Below the pieces are notes generated by a model. It searched no databases, was not told where the DNA came from, and was given only the letters and a program-made list of their open reading frames with translations. DNA of 41,626 bases from Stramenopiles sp. TOSAG23-2 (taxonomy: Eukaryota). Positions 1 to 10,902 of this stretch are shown one piece after another; position 1 is the first letter of the stretch, and every line of letters starts with the position of its first letter. The translations under genes were made by a program, and so were the position numbers. Location: assembly GCA_900128395.1 (NCBI GenBank), contig LT649301.1:1-41626 (forward strand), given 5' to 3'.

Positions 1-163
1 CATAGTTGTAATACGGGATTTGAAACATACGAAGTATATTTTATTATATATATATATTTAATATATACGGTATAATGAGAGTGTGTATAAAAACAATTTT
101 ACAAGAACGTGTATATGTTAGTTTCCTTCTTCCCTCGTACTTCGTGTGTAATATTCTTTTTTT

Positions 164-1246
164 TTATTTTCCACCATATTTTCTATCAACACTTTTAATA
201 TGTTGAATTCTTGCCTTTCTTCCTTCCTCCCGACGTTGCCATTTATGTTCTGCTAATCTTGCATTTGCTGATTGTAATTTCATATCTTGTTCATGATATT
301 TTTGTTCTAAATCAGACAATCTACGCCTTGTTTCTTCCAATTCAACTTGTTTATTTTCTAATGCACCAACTGTAGTATCCAATTGTAACTGTGTAGTTTC
401 CCGTGCTTTCTTTGATTTTGCTGCAGCTAATACTGCTTCTTTTGCATGATCTTCAGCGGCTATAATTTGATTTTGCATAAGAGCAATATTTGCATTTGCA
501 GCGTCTGTTGTTGCTTGCTCTCTCTCTTCAGATGTTTCTACCTTTGCCTTCATTTCATCCCATCCTCCAGTTTTATCTTTTAGCTCTTGCAATGCATCTT
601 CAGCGCGTTTGTTGGAGGCATCTAAACGTATTTGAAAATCTTGTCGTTGCGCATCAAGTTCTTCCTCGCTTTGTTTCTTCATTTCCTTAATTTTTTCTTC
701 CAAACCATCTTTTACATGTTTCATATTTTCCAAGTCTAATTTAAGATCTTGATTTTCTCTAGAAGATTTTACCAAGGCACCATGCAATCGATCATCCGAT
801 TTTTTCCTTCTGTTTAATTCCTCGATAGATATCTTTAATTTTGCCCTTACTTCTACATTATCAACTCGTAAAGCTTCTGCTTCTTTTTTTGCAGCTTTTG
901 TAGTCTTTTTTAAATCTCTAACTTTGTCACATAATTCATTAATTAATTTTCGTAAATCAGAGACATCCCTATCATGCCTTTTCAACTTTTTATCCTTTTC
1001 TTCGTTAGAACTTCGCAATTGCTTACATTCAAGTTCCAATTGCCGACATCGCTCTATAAACCAAATAACACGAGAAGATGCTAATTGTGCAGCTGCGCGT
1101 TTACCATGACTTTGCCCAACAGTTCCAATATTTTTTGCGCGATATTCTGCTTCAAATGTTCTATATGAATGACCAAGTGGTGAAGAGCTCCATCCTATTT
1201 TTTGTTCATTGACATGACCACTACTGTACATACTAGATTGATCCAT
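164..1246 (-). CDS. Uncharacterised long coiled-coil protein (360 aa)
   Basis: Uninterrupted ATG-TAA ORF; E/K/Q/L/A-rich heptad-like composition after residue ~60; flanked by AT-rich intergenic DNA. No family recognised. Confidence 0.8.
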   Translation of the reverse strand: MDQSSMYSSGHVNEQKIGWSSSPLGHSYRTFEAEYRAKNIGTVGQSHGKRAAAQLASSRVIWFIERCRQLELECKQLRSSNEEKDKKLKRHDRDVSDLRKLINELCDKVRDLKKTTKAAKKEAEALRVDNVEVRAKLKISIEELNRRKKSDDRLHGALVKSSRENQDLKLDLENMKHVKDGLEEKIKEMKKQSEEELDAQRQDFQIRLDASNKRAEDALQELKDKTGGWDEMKAKVETSEEREQATTDAANANIALMQNQIIAAEDHAKEAVLAAAKSKKARETTQLQLDTTVGALENKQVELEETRRRLSDLEQKYHEQDMKLQSANARLAEHKWQRREEGRKARIQHIKSVDRKYGGK

Positions 1247-1883
1247 TTCTTAAAAATGTAAGTGTTAATTATTATTTTTTACTTCTTAATTTAATAATAA
1301 TATGAATTGTAATCTATATATATATATATATATATATAGTATCTATATATGTAGAGAGATGGGTAGGTATATTGTATTTTTTTTAATTAATACCATACCA
1401 TATAAATATTATGCCATTTTTTTTGTTGTTGTTGATGATGAGGTTTTTTTGAAGTTGACATTTTTATTATAAATAAATTATTGATGAAAATGCCTCAAAT
1501 TGATTGCACCAGTGCTACTTTGATGCTACAGTCTTCTGTAAAACTATTAACGTTTCACATCACGTACCACGTAGTACCATCAGGTATACTTATTAAATAT
1601 GGATGCATAATATGTTATAATGGGGAATGATTTTGGTGATGATGGATTATTTCTTGGAAAAAAAGGATGATTATTAAAATATATATTTGACAAAGAATAA
1701 TGGATAGAGACATATAAAACGAGATAGATAAGATCATCAATAACTTGCATACAATTAACAGATAAGGACGAATCATATATCATACTTATATATAATAACC
1801 AGTTTAAAATCTTTTCTAATTGTGAATAGAACAAGAGGACGAGCGTGCCCCTGTATATATATATTTATATAATAGATAATTAT

Positions 1884-1884
<1 letters not shown>

Positions 1885-1920
<36 letters not shown>
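1885..1920. repeat. (TAA)n microsatellite directly upstream of the ATG at 1920
   Basis: About 12 TAA units; explains the poly-Ile in the ORF-track N-terminus. Confidence 0.9.
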
Positions 1921-1922
<2 letters not shown>

Positions 1923-4430
1923 GCTTCGTTTGCAAACGTTACAAAAAACAATAATAAGAATAGCACAATTAGTTTCAATAAGAAACAACCAATTGTCAAA
2001 AGTGAAGCGGTGAAGATAGGCAAACCACAACTGATAATAACAGTTGAAATTGGTGATGGACGGGTTGGCGAGATACATTACTATGATCAAGATGAATATA
2101 AAGATCTTGCAACCAGATTTTGTAAAAGGTATAACTTACCGCCTGCTGTTATTGATGCTTTAACACAACATATATATAAAAATGTGAAAGCTTTGAAGGA
2201 AAAGAAGAAACAGCAAGAGATGTTTAACGACCTAGAAGAAGAAGTGAAAACAAACTTTGAAGAAAATACTAGAGCAAAATCTGCATTTAAATCGCAACAA
2301 AAACATAAATCCAAAAGTAGCAATACCACCAGTAGTAAGAATAGAAATGGTAATAGTAGCGATCGTAGCGGTGGTACAAGAAGTGATGGTGACGACAATA
2401 CAAGCGGTAGAAAAAGAAATATTAGGAAAAAGAAGAAAATTAAAAAGAGAAGGGTTGGAAAGAAAAAAGCTGTTAAAAAAAAGAAGAAAACAAAAGGGGA
2501 TGCGAAAGATGTTTATATGCGTTTGTATGAATCTGGCAAAGATACACAAAGTCGTCTAGACAAATCGGCTCAAGAGGCAAAAATATTAAGAGAAAAGCTT
2601 GGTGTAGACTATACTTTTCAACCAAATATAGATCCTAATCCATCCGGTTGGGAAAATGGTGAAGAAGAAATGAAAGATTATTTCAACAAAATGGGGTTAT
2701 CAGAAAAAGGTGTAAAAGGCAAAAGTAGCAGAAATAAACATAAAGATATACACGATCGATTATATACAGAAGGTTTGCATGAAGCACGTGCAAAATTGCA
2801 ACAAGCGAAAAAGGATTTAAATAAATTTAACGAGGAAAAGCCCAAAACGTGGAGTTGCCCACGCTGTTGTTTTATAAATAGTTACGACGATGCATATTGT
2901 CTAAATTTGGTTAAAAATGGTCGTAAACGTGTTCCAATTAATAAACGTGGAACAGAAGTGTGGCAAGACAATGGTGGATATTCTGATCGTAAAAATTTTT
3001 CAAAATATGGTGGTAGAAGCGGTGGACCAGTCGATGCAAGGCGTAAAGCAGTACAAAAACTTACATGGCAATGTTGCGGCTATGAACGTCCAGATGTCAT
3101 GTTCAAACCGAAGATAGGTAAAATGAGCAAAAACATGGTTCGAACTGATATTGGCTTCCAATACAACGTACATCGTCAGCAGCAAGGAGAAATAGAAGAC
3201 AAATCGTCTGTGTTTAAATCTTTATACAACCCAAAAGCGTTGTCCCGCAAAGTAATTGATTTAGCTCATTTACAGGAACAAAAAGAGATGAAAGAATGTA
3301 CTTTTAAACCAAATATTAGTAAAAAAAGTGTTGAAATCGTAGAAAGTAGAGTAGGTCGACGAAATTATTCTGGTTATTTAGCCACTTCGTCAAAGTATGA
3401 AGAGCTTTACAATGATGCTAGTAAACGTAGGATCCGGCGCGATCGAGATGTAAAAAGACAAATTTCACAATATACATTTAAGCCAAATATCGGTGTTAAT
3501 AAAAAGCGATATGCATCTAGTAATAATAATAACGCTGGAGAAAAAGGTAGAAATAGTAAGAATTCAAATCCAGATGATGGTGATTTTTATGAACGTTTAG
3601 AGAAAGCTGATAAAGCACGTGAAGAACATTTAAGACAACTACAAGAAGATATTGCTAAATACGATGAACGTACAGGACAAAAATTGTTTAAGCCGAAAGT
3701 TGGACGTGCACCACATTTTGCTAGAAATGCACAAGGATTGCCGATTCATGAATTTTTATTTGCATCAAGACATGAATATGAAGATAAAAAACGATTAATG
3801 AAATTGGAAAAAGAACTACATGTTGGCGCTATGAGAAATCGACAGTATATGTCAAAAGGATCCACCAAATTAATTGATAGTATGAAACAAAAACGTTTCA
3901 TGAATATATTTGCCTGTCTTTTGGAATCAACAAAAATAAATGATAGTAATGGTAAGACAAACGATAATAACACGACTGTATTGGATACATCTTTAGCTAG
4001 CACGGAATTACTTGATGATTTAGCGCAAGAAATATTGGAACCTGTATTAGCGCAATTAGACGGTGTACAATTGACATTTGATGATTTTTCTTCCATTATG
4101 GAGCAATTATTGGAAGACCATGAAAATGGCCCAATACATGCCATTTTGACAACACGAAAAAGCAAAGAAGATATATTAGCCGATGAATATAGACGTGTGC
4201 AAATGGAAGAAACATTTCAGCCTAAAATTAATCCTGTCTCGAAAGAATTAGCTGCTAGTCGTACCTCTAAAGAACCAATATATGAAGTATTAAGTAAAGA
4301 GGGAAAGAAACATAGATTAAATATAGAAGCAGAAAGAGAGCGATTAATTAATAAAGAATTGTCTGAGTGTACATTTCAACCAAAATTAATAAGTAAACAA
4401 ATCGATGAAAATGGTAGAGTTTATAGATAA
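1920..4430 (+). CDS. 836-aa basic protein with ~7 (E)xTF[KQ]PxI / xxxRLY repeats and a split RanBP2-like Zn finger; possibly microtubule-associated
   Basis: First ATG at 1920 (MASFAN...); the track's GTG start at 1845 runs through microsatellite. Repeats: YTFQPNI, VMFKPKI, ECTFKPNI, YTFKPNI, KLFKPKV, ETFQPKI, ECTFQPKL, paired with VYMRLY, IHDRLY, YEELY, FYERL. Function is inference. Confidence 0.8.
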
Positions 4431-4766
4431 AAGGGTTTATTGTGTGTCGTGTGTAATATCTTGTATTTTTAAAAATAATATTTTTTTATATTTTTTAAAA
4501 TATTAATAATATATTAATTATTTTAAAATATTTATAAAAATTTTATATTTAAAAAAATATATCATAAAAAATATATATTATTATTTAAATACTCGTATAA
4601 AATAATTTAAAAATGCATAATATGATAACTTATCATATATTTTTTTATTTACTCATGATAATTTTCCTACTCTCCAGAAATATATATAACATTTATGTGG
4701 AAAATTTATACAGCTGCTACACTCTTCTCTACGTTTCTCTTTATCTCCTCTCTTTTTTTTTTATTT

Positions 4767-5816
4767 TTAATATGAAATTCCTGATAATTCTTCGCTTTGT
4801 TTCCATAACGCATCCAAATGTTTTTCTTCACACGTTTCCATTAATAATGTTGTTGGATTGAAACCAAGGTCACAGACTGAAAATGTCTCAACTATAGGTC
4901 TTCCAAATGATATAAATTTTGGTCCAATTAATTCACCTCCTTTTAAATCTTGATTTAATGCTGCAAATATTTGAGGATGTGCACCTAAATCAGCTGGTTG
5001 TGCAAATAAATTATTCAATGCAAAAATAACATATGGAAAAAATCCAAACATATTTGTATATCCACTTGCTCTGTGTTGCAACGAGGTGATAGACCAGCCA
5101 GGATGACAAATAGTGGCAATTGTATTTTTAAATTTTTGATTCAAGGACCATGTAAAATATCGATTTGCACGTTTACTGCAACCATAGCTATTTGATGGTT
5201 CATAATCTTCCTTTTTCGTAAATGCATACTTTTCAACAAATAAAGTATCACATCTATTGCTCATGATACTACTATGATTGATTACTCTTGCATTTTTTGT
5301 TTTTTCTAGCACTTCAAACAGTAGGCCAGTTAATGTGAAGTGCCCAAGATGATTTATAAAATGTTGTGCTTCAATGTTTCTTTCCGTCAAAGCTTTATAT
5401 GGAGTCATCATAATTGCTGCATTGTTAAATAAATAATTAAGTTGCGTATTTGATTCCAGAAATTCTTTTACGAAATGTCTTACGGACTTTAAATCACCTA
5501 AATCTATTTTCATGGGCACAACATTATTGCTTAAAATATTTGAGTTTGAAGATAAAATATCTTTTTGCGCTTTCAAACATTTTTGCCAATTCCTACATCC
5601 TAGTATTACTTTTGCACCAGCATCTGCTAATTGTCTAGCCGTTTCAAATCCTAGACCTGAATTAGCACCAGTCACAATAGCAACTTTTTTTGCAAGGTCA
5701 CCGAGATCATTCATATTTGATTGTTGAGATTCATATAATACAAGGGTTTTAATAGTGGCACTTATTATTAAAACGATAATTGTAATATTGCTTAAAGTTT
5801 TAGTAAAAAAGTTCAT
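4767..5816 (-). CDS. Short-chain dehydrogenase/reductase, retinol dehydrogenase/WWOX-like, with N-terminal membrane anchor
   Basis: IVTGANSGLG (TGxxxGxG), NNAA, NHLGHFTLT, catalytic YGCSK (YxxxK), CHPG, C-terminal LWKQSEEL; hydrophobic residues ~11-28. Confidence 0.93.
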   Translation of the reverse strand: MNFFTKTLSNITIIVLIISATIKTLVLYESQQSNMNDLGDLAKKVAIVTGANSGLGFETARQLADAGAKVILGCRNWQKCLKAQKDILSSNSNILSNNVVPMKIDLGDLKSVRHFVKEFLESNTQLNYLFNNAAIMMTPYKALTERNIEAQHFINHLGHFTLTGLLFEVLEKTKNARVINHSSIMSNRCDTLFVEKYAFTKKEDYEPSNSYGCSKRANRYFTWSLNQKFKNTIATICHPGWSITSLQHRASGYTNMFGFFPYVIFALNNLFAQPADLGAHPQIFAALNQDLKGGELIGPKFISFGRPIVETFSVCDLGFNPTTLLMETCEEKHLDALWKQSEELSGISY

Positions 5817-6036
5817 TATCGATATCTTTTTTTTCTATTTTTATACCAAGTATCCTCTGCAAAACATAGAAATATTAAGATTGGTACTAATACAAATATT
5901 AAAATATTGATCCAGAAGTTCATATGTCCTCTTTTTCTTTGTTTCTCTCGATATATATGTGGAACATAGTCGTCCATTATCTTTCTTTGTAAATCTACTA
6001 TAATATTATGTATTTTCAGGAAGAAATTCGTCGATC

Positions 6037-6040
<4 letters not shown>

Positions 6041-6083
<43 letters not shown>
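6041..6083. repeat. T43 homopolymer in a divergent promoter region
   Basis: Directly visible. Confidence 0.95.
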
Positions 6084-6085
<2 letters not shown>

Positions 6086-6489
6086 CAGCTATTAAAAGTA
6101 CTATGTATACAGTAGCTATAATATATAGTAGTATTGCCATGCCAGCTGGCCGCCAGATTGCCAGGATTGCCATTATTCTTGAAATTAACCTGCACACACC
6201 TGATGAGAGTGATGTGTTTCCGTGATGTGATCTGGGATTTAAGGGAATATTAATACCACCTTTGGAATACCTTTTCCTTGTTGGATTTTTAGGATATTTT
6301 TTAGATATTATTTATATCGAATTAGATTATATGTTATAAATAAATACGAGTTGTGTGTGCGTGTGTGTGTATTTATATATATATGCGTGTATACCTATTT
6401 ATTGATTTTATTTAATAATTTTCCAAAAAGAGATATACTACCTTCTTATTAATAACACTGAAAAATATATATAAAATAATATTATCATT

Positions 6490-7431
6490 ATGTCATCCTT
6501 TGCACAAGCTGGAAATGAAGCAGTGTATAATCAAATGTTGGGTATGTTACCAGTTAACCACGATGAAGCTTTAGAAGTTGCGTTACGACTTGTTAGATAT
6601 GTATATCATCAAAAAGCTAGAAGTAGCGAGACACAATATGAACGTATGATGCATTTAAATACGCAAAAAAATGAGGATCGTATGCGACGATTATTGGAAG
6701 AAAATGCAACATTAGTAAGAGAACGTGATGGTTTAGTGACTAAAACACAAAGTATGACTAGTGAGCTAGCAAAACTTGATGCTGTACGTAAAAATTTAGG
6801 TATAGCTATGAACCAACCAGCTCCTCCGAGAACAAGCACTGGTGCGCCATATATGACTGTAAACTCGTCATATGCTGGATTAAATTTAAGCAATGCATCT
6901 CCACACAGAAGCAATTTCACTACTGATTATGGTGGTGGTGGTGGTGGTGGTGGTGGTCTTAATATGAACAATAGTTTACGCGTGAACGATCTAAAAGGTG
7001 CAGGTGCAACAGCAATATCATCACCTGTCAGTCGACATTCTGATGTTATATCGGCAATTGATCGAAGCGTACAACAAACTGCTTCACGCCAACAATATAC
7101 CTCACCATCTAATAATAATAAAAAGAATTTATTCAATAATAGTAATAGCAACGGTAATACATTTGCTGGGAGTAAGAGTAGTGGAATTACAAATTCATCC
7201 ATTCGATCACCCTTACCAAAAAATAGCCCATCACTTGTTACTGGGAAAGCATTCTTTCGTGAATGTAGGTTACGTTTAAAGCCACCTGTATTTGATGCTT
7301 TTTTGGAAGTTGTGAAACAATTAAATCGTAATGAAATGAGTCGTGAACAAGCAGTTGAAAAAAGCAAAGAAGTGTTAGGTACAGATAATATGGAGCTAGT
7401 TGGTAGTTTTCGAACATTATTATTTGGTTAA
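6490..7431 (+). CDS. At4g15545/NAIP-like protein (coiled coil + disordered linker + small C-terminal helical domain)
   Basis: The C-terminus GKAFFRECRLRL...FDAFLEVVKQLN...SREQAVEKSKEVLGTDNMELVGSFRTLL matches the pattern I recall for the family (DGKEFFRQ.R.RL...F..FL..VK.LN....REE.L.KA.EIFG.DN..LY..FE.L); N-terminal LP...EALEVA and LAKL..RK.L are also consistent. Confidence 0.8.
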   Translation: MSSFAQAGNEAVYNQMLGMLPVNHDEALEVALRLVRYVYHQKARSSETQYERMMHLNTQKNEDRMRRLLEENATLVRERDGLVTKTQSMTSELAKLDAVRKNLGIAMNQPAPPRTSTGAPYMTVNSSYAGLNLSNASPHRSNFTTDYGGGGGGGGGLNMNNSLRVNDLKGAGATAISSPVSRHSDVISAIDRSVQQTASRQQYTSPSNNNKKNLFNNSNSNGNTFAGSKSSGITNSSIRSPLPKNSPSLVTGKAFFRECRLRLKPPVFDAFLEVVKQLNRNEMSREQAVEKSKEVLGTDNMELVGSFRTLLFG

Positions 7432-7721
7432 ATTTGGATGATAAAGTTGGGAATATTCATATAAATCTGTGTGGACCGCTCTCCTATTACTCGTGCTGGA
7501 AGAGAGAGAGAGAGAGAGAGATGGGATTTTATTTTTTTTAATAAAAAAATAATATATACGTAAAAAACATTTTAATAGAGTTTGGAATAAAAATTTCATG
7601 TACACATGATGTAAAATATAATATACGAGACCAAAAGCACATATATATTAATATATATTGTGGAATTATCATCACATGCGCTTGTTTCTTTTTTTTTTCG
7701 TGTACACCGTGTCGATATATA

Positions 7722-8846
7722 TTAAAATAATGTATCAAATTCTTTTAAAATTTTCTTTGAAATCTTACTTGGAAATCTCACTAAAACAGTAACATGTAAA
7801 TCTCCATGCGTTGAACTTCCATACATCATGCCTTGCGCTTCATCTTTAATTGGCATGCCTTCGTTTTTAATTACAATAATATCATTATGTTCAGTTAATT
7901 TTCCTTCACGTTGTACTACAACAATGTGCGAATCGATATGCTTAATCTCACGACGAAAGCCTAATAATGCTTCTTTTAATGATATAGTTATTTTAGTTTT
8001 TAAATGAATCTGATCAAATCGTTCAAAACTACCATATGAATTCCCACTTCTCAATTCAAAGACAACATCACCATTATATGCATTTGGATGTCTATTGCCT
8101 TCCCCATCTAATCTAATTAGATCAAGATGTTTCATACCTTTTTTTACATTTACTGGTAAAGAAACATGATATTCGCAATAGCAGGTATGGTATAATCTAC
8201 CACTGAAAAAATCACGTTGTGTCTCTTTTTGCATCCTATGATTTTTACAGTCTCGACAATTATTGCAAGATGCGCATATTACTTGTCTTTCAATCGATAC
8301 TTTTTTATTTGGTATACCATTATACAATTCTTTCATTGTTACAGATAAATGATAAACACTATCTTTCACTTGTTGATTATGATGTTGATGTTGTTGATTA
8401 TATCCTCGTCTTCTACCACCACCACCACCGCCACCACCACCATCACTAGCACCACCATTAAATACATAATAAAATATCATTATAGCTCCAATTAAAAATA
8501 TAGCAAAAAATATAAATAGAAACCAAAAATCTTCTTCCTGCTCCTCAATACGTTGTCTTTTACGTTCTAATTTTCTTAGTTTTACAATATCATCCTCGTC
8601 GTCAATATCTTCATAACCTGATGATGATGACGACACAGCAGACGAACTGTCATCATTATCATCAGAATATTCCGCTAACATTTTTTTTGTGATCAAATCC
8701 AACTCTTCTTCATCCTCTAATTCTTTCATATTTCGTCTCTTTTTTACATTTTTTCTTTTTCGAATATTGTTTTGATTTTTAATTAATTGTTGTCTTGTTG
8801 GTGATGCAGATTTCTTCCTTCTTTTTTCTTTTTTCGATTTCACCAT
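7722..8846 (-). CDS. Membrane-anchored DnaJ C-terminal (peptide-binding) domain protein lacking a J-domain, ERdj3/DNAJA-like CTD
   Basis: First ATG at 8846. LSVTMKELYNG, Cys cluster CASCNNCRDC, VKKGMK...GEG...GDVVFEL, ISLKEALLGF, EGMP, HGDLHVTVLVRFP. One TM segment (FWFLFIFFAIFLIGAIMIFYYVF). No HPD motif. Confidence 0.85.
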   Translation of the reverse strand: MVKSKKEKRRKKSASPTRQQLIKNQNNIRKRKNVKKRRNMKELEDEEELDLITKKMLAEYSDDNDDSSSAVSSSSSGYEDIDDEDDIVKLRKLERKRQRIEEQEEDFWFLFIFFAIFLIGAIMIFYYVFNGGASDGGGGGGGGGRRRGYNQQHQHHNQQVKDSVYHLSVTMKELYNGIPNKKVSIERQVICASCNNCRDCKNHRMQKETQRDFFSGRLYHTCYCEYHVSLPVNVKKGMKHLDLIRLDGEGNRHPNAYNGDVVFELRSGNSYGSFERFDQIHLKTKITISLKEALLGFRREIKHIDSHIVVVQREGKLTEHNDIIVIKNEGMPIKDEAQGMMYGSSTHGDLHVTVLVRFPSKISKKILKEFDTLF

Positions 8847-9161
8847 TTTTACTATGTATTTCACCTCTTTTTATATTATGTACTTCACCTTTTATATATT
8901 ATCATGTATGACATATGCTAATGATGATACATCCTATAATGAATGAATCAATACATTTTATATTTAACCTGGTAATAAATTAAAATATATATATATCCCA
9001 GTAGTATTATAAAAATAATTAATAATACTACCAGGTATACTCTGGCAAGCGCAGAGTCCTTAAGCCAGCCAGGTATAATAAGTATAAAATACAGGTGCAT
9101 CAATATAAATAATCCTTAATCTTGGCATAGCTATTATACCTTAATCTTGATTCGTCTGTGA

Positions 9162-9425
9162 ACCATTGCATATGTAGATCCATTGGAAAAGAAAAAAGAG
9201 ACTAGTGATACATATGCTATACATGTCGAAGGTTACGATGTAAAAACTGGTAGGCATTATCATTGCGATGGTCTTGTCTCTAGCATTGAATTTAATAAGA
9301 AAAATGGCTCTCAAATTGCAATACAAAATTTATTACGTTCTAAATTACATTTTGAGAAACAAATTTCGACTATTGATTCATCGAATTTGTCAATTGGTGA
9401 TACGGATTGGGTTATGGTTTTGTAA
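9162..9425 (+). pseudogene. ATG-less 87-codon open frame; possible terminal exon or gene relic
   Basis: Protein-like composition (AYVDPLEKK...YAIHVEGYDVKTGRHYHCDGLV...DWVMVL*); followed by an AT-rich 3' region and preceded by promoter-like GCCAG motifs. In-frame TGA at 9159 and no start ATG. Confidence 0.3.
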
Positions 9426-9771
9426 AATAAAAAGAAAGATATTTTTATTTTAAATATCTCAATATACATTTAAAAAGATTTTACGATAAATATAAAAATT
9501 TATATAAAGAAAAAAGAAAAAAGAAGAGAATATTTTTGTGGGATGAATGAACCATTGGAGCGCATGTGTGACGGGAATCTTGTGAGTGGTACGACATCAT
9601 AATTTTAAAAAAATATATAATAAAAAAGATCAATCTTTCTGAATAAATGAACACAGCAGGTGCAGTAGTATTTTTTAATTAAAAAATAAAAAAAAAAATA
9701 TAAAAAATATATTTTTTAATATTTCGTACGCGCCTATTACTACATGTAGAAAAAAGAATGCGTGCATTTTT

Positions 9772-10902
9772 TTAGGAAGATGATGGAAACGTTTCGACTC
9801 CATTGAGATTGCTAAATCTGCCTTTGTCACGAGGAAATACTACTGCATCATCTTCCCATGGCCAGCCACCAAATTGTGTACTTTGATAATCTGAAAAAGC
9901 TTGATAAATCTCTGCTTTTGTATTCATTACAAAAGGACCATGTTGAGCAACTGGTTCATTTATTGGCCTTCCTTGTAATATCAACAATAACATATCGTTC
10001 TCATTATTATCAATATCATCACCATTATTATTATCATCTAAATTTTTACATAATACATCCATTGATGCATCTAATGTTAAATGTCGATCGCCCTTTTTAT
10101 TAAATGTTTGACCATTACATTCCATCTTTGTGCCATTTATAAAATATAATGCCCGATTGATGGCTTTTCCATATTTTGCACTTGGGATTAAAACTGACTT
10201 GCCAGGCTTTAGCGTAATAGCAAAAATACCAACTTCATTTTCATTATTATTTGCCCAAGAATTTGGAGGAGGATCCAAAGCTGTTTCCTTCTCAAATTTC
10301 CCAGCCCATACTCTTATTTCAACACCACCATCTTCCTTGATTATTACAGGAATATCATTTGCCCAATGCATTTTAAACATCGGCTCGACCATTTTTTTCT
10401 TTGATTCTAAATTTAACCATATTTGAAAAAACTTGGTATAATTTGGTCTATCCTTATTTACCAGAGGAAAATTTTCACCGTGTACAATCCCAGATCCAGC
10501 TGTCATCCACTGTACATCACCTTCCCCATACCTTCCACTATTTTTTTTAGAGTCTGTATGATCAATTAATCCTTCCATAGTTGCTGTAATAGTTTCAAAA
10601 CCACGATGTGGATGTTGAGGAAATCCTGGTATCTTTTTTCCATGGTACATTCTGTAGTCACTGTTAAAATTAAAATCAGCACCATTTCCAACTTTTGGAG
10701 CTTCCATTTTTTCATTACCTGCTGGATATAAATCTCTGTGATAAACACAAAACAAAAAAGGATCAGGTGTCTTGAATGGGAAAGACAATTTCTCCGTTTT
10801 TATGATAGCATCTGGGGAACATGTTAAGTCAGTCATATCAGTATATGCAAGTATTATGTTGATTATTGAAAGGAATATGTAGGTTGGTATTGATATGTGC
10901 AT
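9772..10902 (-). CDS. Pirin family (bicupin, Fe-binding) protein with possible signal peptide
   Basis: DPFL, GFPQHPHRGFETIT, DHTDS, GDVQWMTAGSGIVHGE, FQIWLNL, PINEPVAQHGPFVMNT; all His/His/His/Glu ligands present. Confidence 0.95.
   Translation of the reverse strand: MHISIPTYIFLSIINIILAYTDMTDLTCSPDAIIKTEKLSFPFKTPDPFLFCVYHRDLYPAGNEKMEAPKVGNGADFNFNSDYRMYHGKKIPGFPQHPHRGFETITATMEGLIDHTDSKKNSGRYGEGDVQWMTAGSGIVHGENFPLVNKDRPNYTKFFQIWLNLESKKKMVEPMFKMHWANDIPVIIKEDGGVEIRVWAGKFEKETALDPPPNSWANNNENEVGIFAITLKPGKSVLIPSAKYGKAINRALYFINGTKMECNGQTFNKKGDRHLTLDASMDVLCKNLDDNNNGDDIDNNENDMLLLILQGRPINEPVAQHGPFVMNTKAEIYQAFSDYQSTQFGGWPWEDDAVVFPRDKGRFSNLNGVETFPSSS

Noticed and set aside
1580..1919. ORF 1580-1834 (-) and the GTG-started extension 1845-1919
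   Set aside because: Low-complexity AT-rich promoter/microsatellite translation; the first ATG at 1920 is the better start.
9159..9161. In-frame TGA as possible selenocysteine or recoded stop
   Set aside because: No upstream ATG before TAA at 9117, no redox motif and no evident SECIS; TGA serves as a normal stop for PDS5 and GCP4.
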